A stretch of 64,000 nucleotides of DNA, taken from assembly GCA_037447605.1 (NCBI GenBank), contig CM074808.1:1798001-1862000 (forward strand). Reading direction: 5' to 3'. A program made the translations under genes and the position numbers. Under the pieces are notes generated by a model. It worked only from the letters and a program-made list of their open reading frames with translations, was not told where the DNA came from and did not search any database. Source of the DNA: Zygnema circumcarinatum SAG 698-1b. Its lineage: Eukaryota > Plantae > Zygnematophyceae. Of this stretch, positions 61,401 to 64,000 are shown in pieces. Position 1 is the first letter of the stretch. Each line of letters opens with the position of its first letter.

Positions 61401-64000
61401 TACATCTAAGATGTAAACAAGTTGTGCGTTTATGTTCGTGTCTTCAGGGGAGATATGTATCGACTGAAGCAGCACCTAACCCATCAAGATGTAAAGCGGC
61501 TCACCTGGGAGCTGCTCGTTGGAATGCAATATCTGCATTCTTGCCATGTCTGGCACAGGTTTGTTCAATGCATCACTGATTTTCTCCACCTAACAGCGAT
61601 GATCTTTCGTTGGAAATGCTTTATTTTTTATTTTTACTTCTTTCTCTGTGACCTTTGATTTCATAGCCTAGAGTTCAGTATTTCGCTTACCATGTTGTAC
61701 TTGCTTACGCAGAGACATCAAGTCGGAAAACACATTACTAAGCAGCAACATGACGGTGAAGATCTGTGATTTCGGGCTTTCACGCTCTGCCCTTGGGGTG
61801 TGGAGCAACTTTCCCGTCCTATTACATGAAGCATCGTCTGAGCACATTGTTGAATGCCAGCCAACCTGAAGGATAGGCTTTTTGTTCTCTTTTTGGTGTC
61901 GCTGTTGGCCAAATCAGTGCTAGTCATGTCGCAGTTTTTGTCAATGGCTACGGAGCTTGTGTGCACCATTTTGAAGTTTCGTAAAATGGAGAAATGCTTG
62001 GAATGGACGGCAGGCAGCTGAGGAGCCAAGAAATGTGCAAACGAACATTCGTAATTCGAGCTCAAGTGGCGCCACAACCTCGCAATTGGGCAGGAAGGTC
62101 CTTCAACGACAATATACAAAGATGGTGAAAGCCTTTTCCGAGCTACGTTTGCAGACGTGTTTGAGTTGAATGCTGTATTTAGAAGTATGTTACAACAAGG
62201 ACATTGGAGCTCTTTTCCAGCTATCCATGAGATCGTGGCAAAGCACAGAGTCTTTCGAAACCTTCTGTACAACTTTTGAGTCAGAGGTCATTTTCTTGTT
62301 GCTTACTTGTCCTTCTCCACCTTGAAGTTGCTTTGGTTTGGAGTTCGCCATTCCAGTGGTGAACAATGTGTACTAGGCAAAAATCGTGTACAGAGTAAAG
62401 CGATCGTACACGAGGAGCAGGAACGCGTCACCGCGTCTGATGAAGTTGGGTCTGATGCAGGTGGTGACTCCAAGCTACCGTGCTCCCGAGGTGGTGATGT
62501 CGCGCGGGCAGTACACCTCCGCCATCGACATGTACTGCACTCAAGGCCTTGGCTCAGCTGACTTCCATGCTTGCAGCCACGTGGTTTCAGTTCAGTTGCT
62601 AAGTAAGCACACGTGCTTGCATCAGTGTGGCCATGTGCCTCTGCACTTTGCATTGTCCGTCACTGTGGAAATTTCTGACTTTGCATTGTCTTTGGTTGGT
62701 CTGCACCATCCTGAACTGTTTGCTATCAAATTGTAATCCTTTAATCCAACAGTCTTCAACTAGCAGACTCGGCCGTGCCGTTTGTGCCATGTCGTTGTAA
62801 CAACGTTCATTTTAGGCTTGCATTATTTGTAAAACACGGTGGAGGATTGAGAGTCAAGCCTGCTTTGCTCATGTAGGTTCACTTCGTGTGTGTGTTCGTG
62901 GCAAGCTGTCAGACATGCTCATGTTTGGGTCCGTTCTTAACTGCGCTGCTTGCTGGGATTTTGGGGATTACGATACAGATGGTCTGTTGGCTGCATCTTT
63001 TGGGTAAGCGTACCACCTGGACAAACATGAACATTCAGATGCACGATATGCGCAGTCGTGCCTTATCTTCAGGACGCCTTGAAGCGCATCATAAACAGTA
63101 CTGATTATCAAGATCCATGTGTTTTAATGTGGTTATGCATGATGTTAATGAGTTTATCGACACTGCATCACATGACAGGAACTCCTCATGCGCCAAATGA
63201 ATCCCCGAAGACCAGGACCTCCATCACGACCCCTTTTTGGAGTGCGGTGAGTGGTTTTCAGCTGATCGGCTGCAGTGGTACCGTTTTGATTGTGCCGTTT
63301 CTCTGCGTGAAGAGAGTGGATAGGTACTGGCCTGTTGTTGGCACACCAAATACGTTGTCATAAATTGCCTCCCATCAGGCAGCTGTCTAAGCTAATGAAT
63401 AGATTAGACTCTCCAAGCAAGTAGCAATGAAATTTGACACCTCAGCCAAAGGAGGAGTAAGTCCCTTTCACTCACGTGAAGGAATGAAGACAATGTGATC
63501 TAAAAAGAAGCAATAAGATGGCTGGCTTAGTTTATGCAGAGTATGGCTGGACTTGCCTATGAGAGTGTGGAGACGAATGGGAATTCAGGGATGCTGGGAA
63601 ACAGAGGAGAACCTGCCACTCCAGAGCATGGGGAGCTGTACATTGAAGATGGCGACTCCCCCCTGGCAGAGCAGGTATGGGTGATCGTGGACTACCTGTG
63701 CGGAGGTTGAGTTATGCGAATGTGGCTGAGGGATTGTTGTTGCAAGCATCGTAAGATTGGGACCGTTCTCTCGTCCTAATTGCTCAATGGTTTGATGCAC
63801 GTGGGTTTGTTGCAGCTGGATGTCATATTTGATGTCATCGGGACTCCGTGCTGGAAAGACATTGAAAGTGTGCCAAGCGATCCTTGGCGTTCATATCTCA
63901 AACGGCTGCCTGGTCGGGTAAGGATTATTGCCAAATTCGCAGAATCATGTTCTGGGTCATGCTTGGAAGGCATTTCTGTTTAAGTCGTCGCATGATGTCT
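58441..64000 (+). CDS. Atypical MAPK-like (CMGC) Ser/Thr kinase; 3' end outside the window, start uncertain
   Basis: Exons give VGKRYLLHEHIGSGSYGDVCKA..VALK (to 59939), RVLREVCIMRRLQHP (60607-60703), DLYIATEFADG, WHR|DIKSEN, KICDFG, QRQYTKM|VVTPSYRAPEV, DIWSVGCIFW|ELL, and LDVIFDVIGTP. Confidence 0.9.

Overview
Eukaryotic, intron-rich green-plant nuclear DNA. A streptophyte alga or non-vascular plant is my inference from plastid transit peptides, telo-boxes and an algal-type atypical MAPK; the species is not determined. Nine recognisable protein-coding loci were reconstructed by hand from GT/GC-AG sites and motifs: aspartate kinase (5' truncated), D-glycerate 3-kinase, a lesioned RPL13a/uL13, a WD40-type inositol polyphosphate 5-phosphatase, plastid DHAR, Integrator subunit 3, a PAO/PTC52/TIC55-family Rieske oxygenase, neurochondrin, and a plastid YgfZ/GcvT-like protein. 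A tenth, an atypical MAPK-like kinase lacking TxY, runs off the 3' end, and there is one orphan two-exon gene. The most unusual non-genic signals are: (i) a dispersed repeat family built from AACCA-loop-TGGTT palindromic modules, forming a higher-order array at 5108-5755 and an intronic copy with a tRNA-like core at 22390-23100; (ii) a GGGGG(A/G)GTCAGAC-ended, TA-flanked short TIR element family whose members keep a hairpin at the same position despite different sequence; (iii) an RPL13a copy with an in-frame TAG, an (AAG)71 expansion and a probable frameshift. No CRISPR array, rRNA or intact tRNA was found. No database searches were run, so family names rest on recalled motifs.
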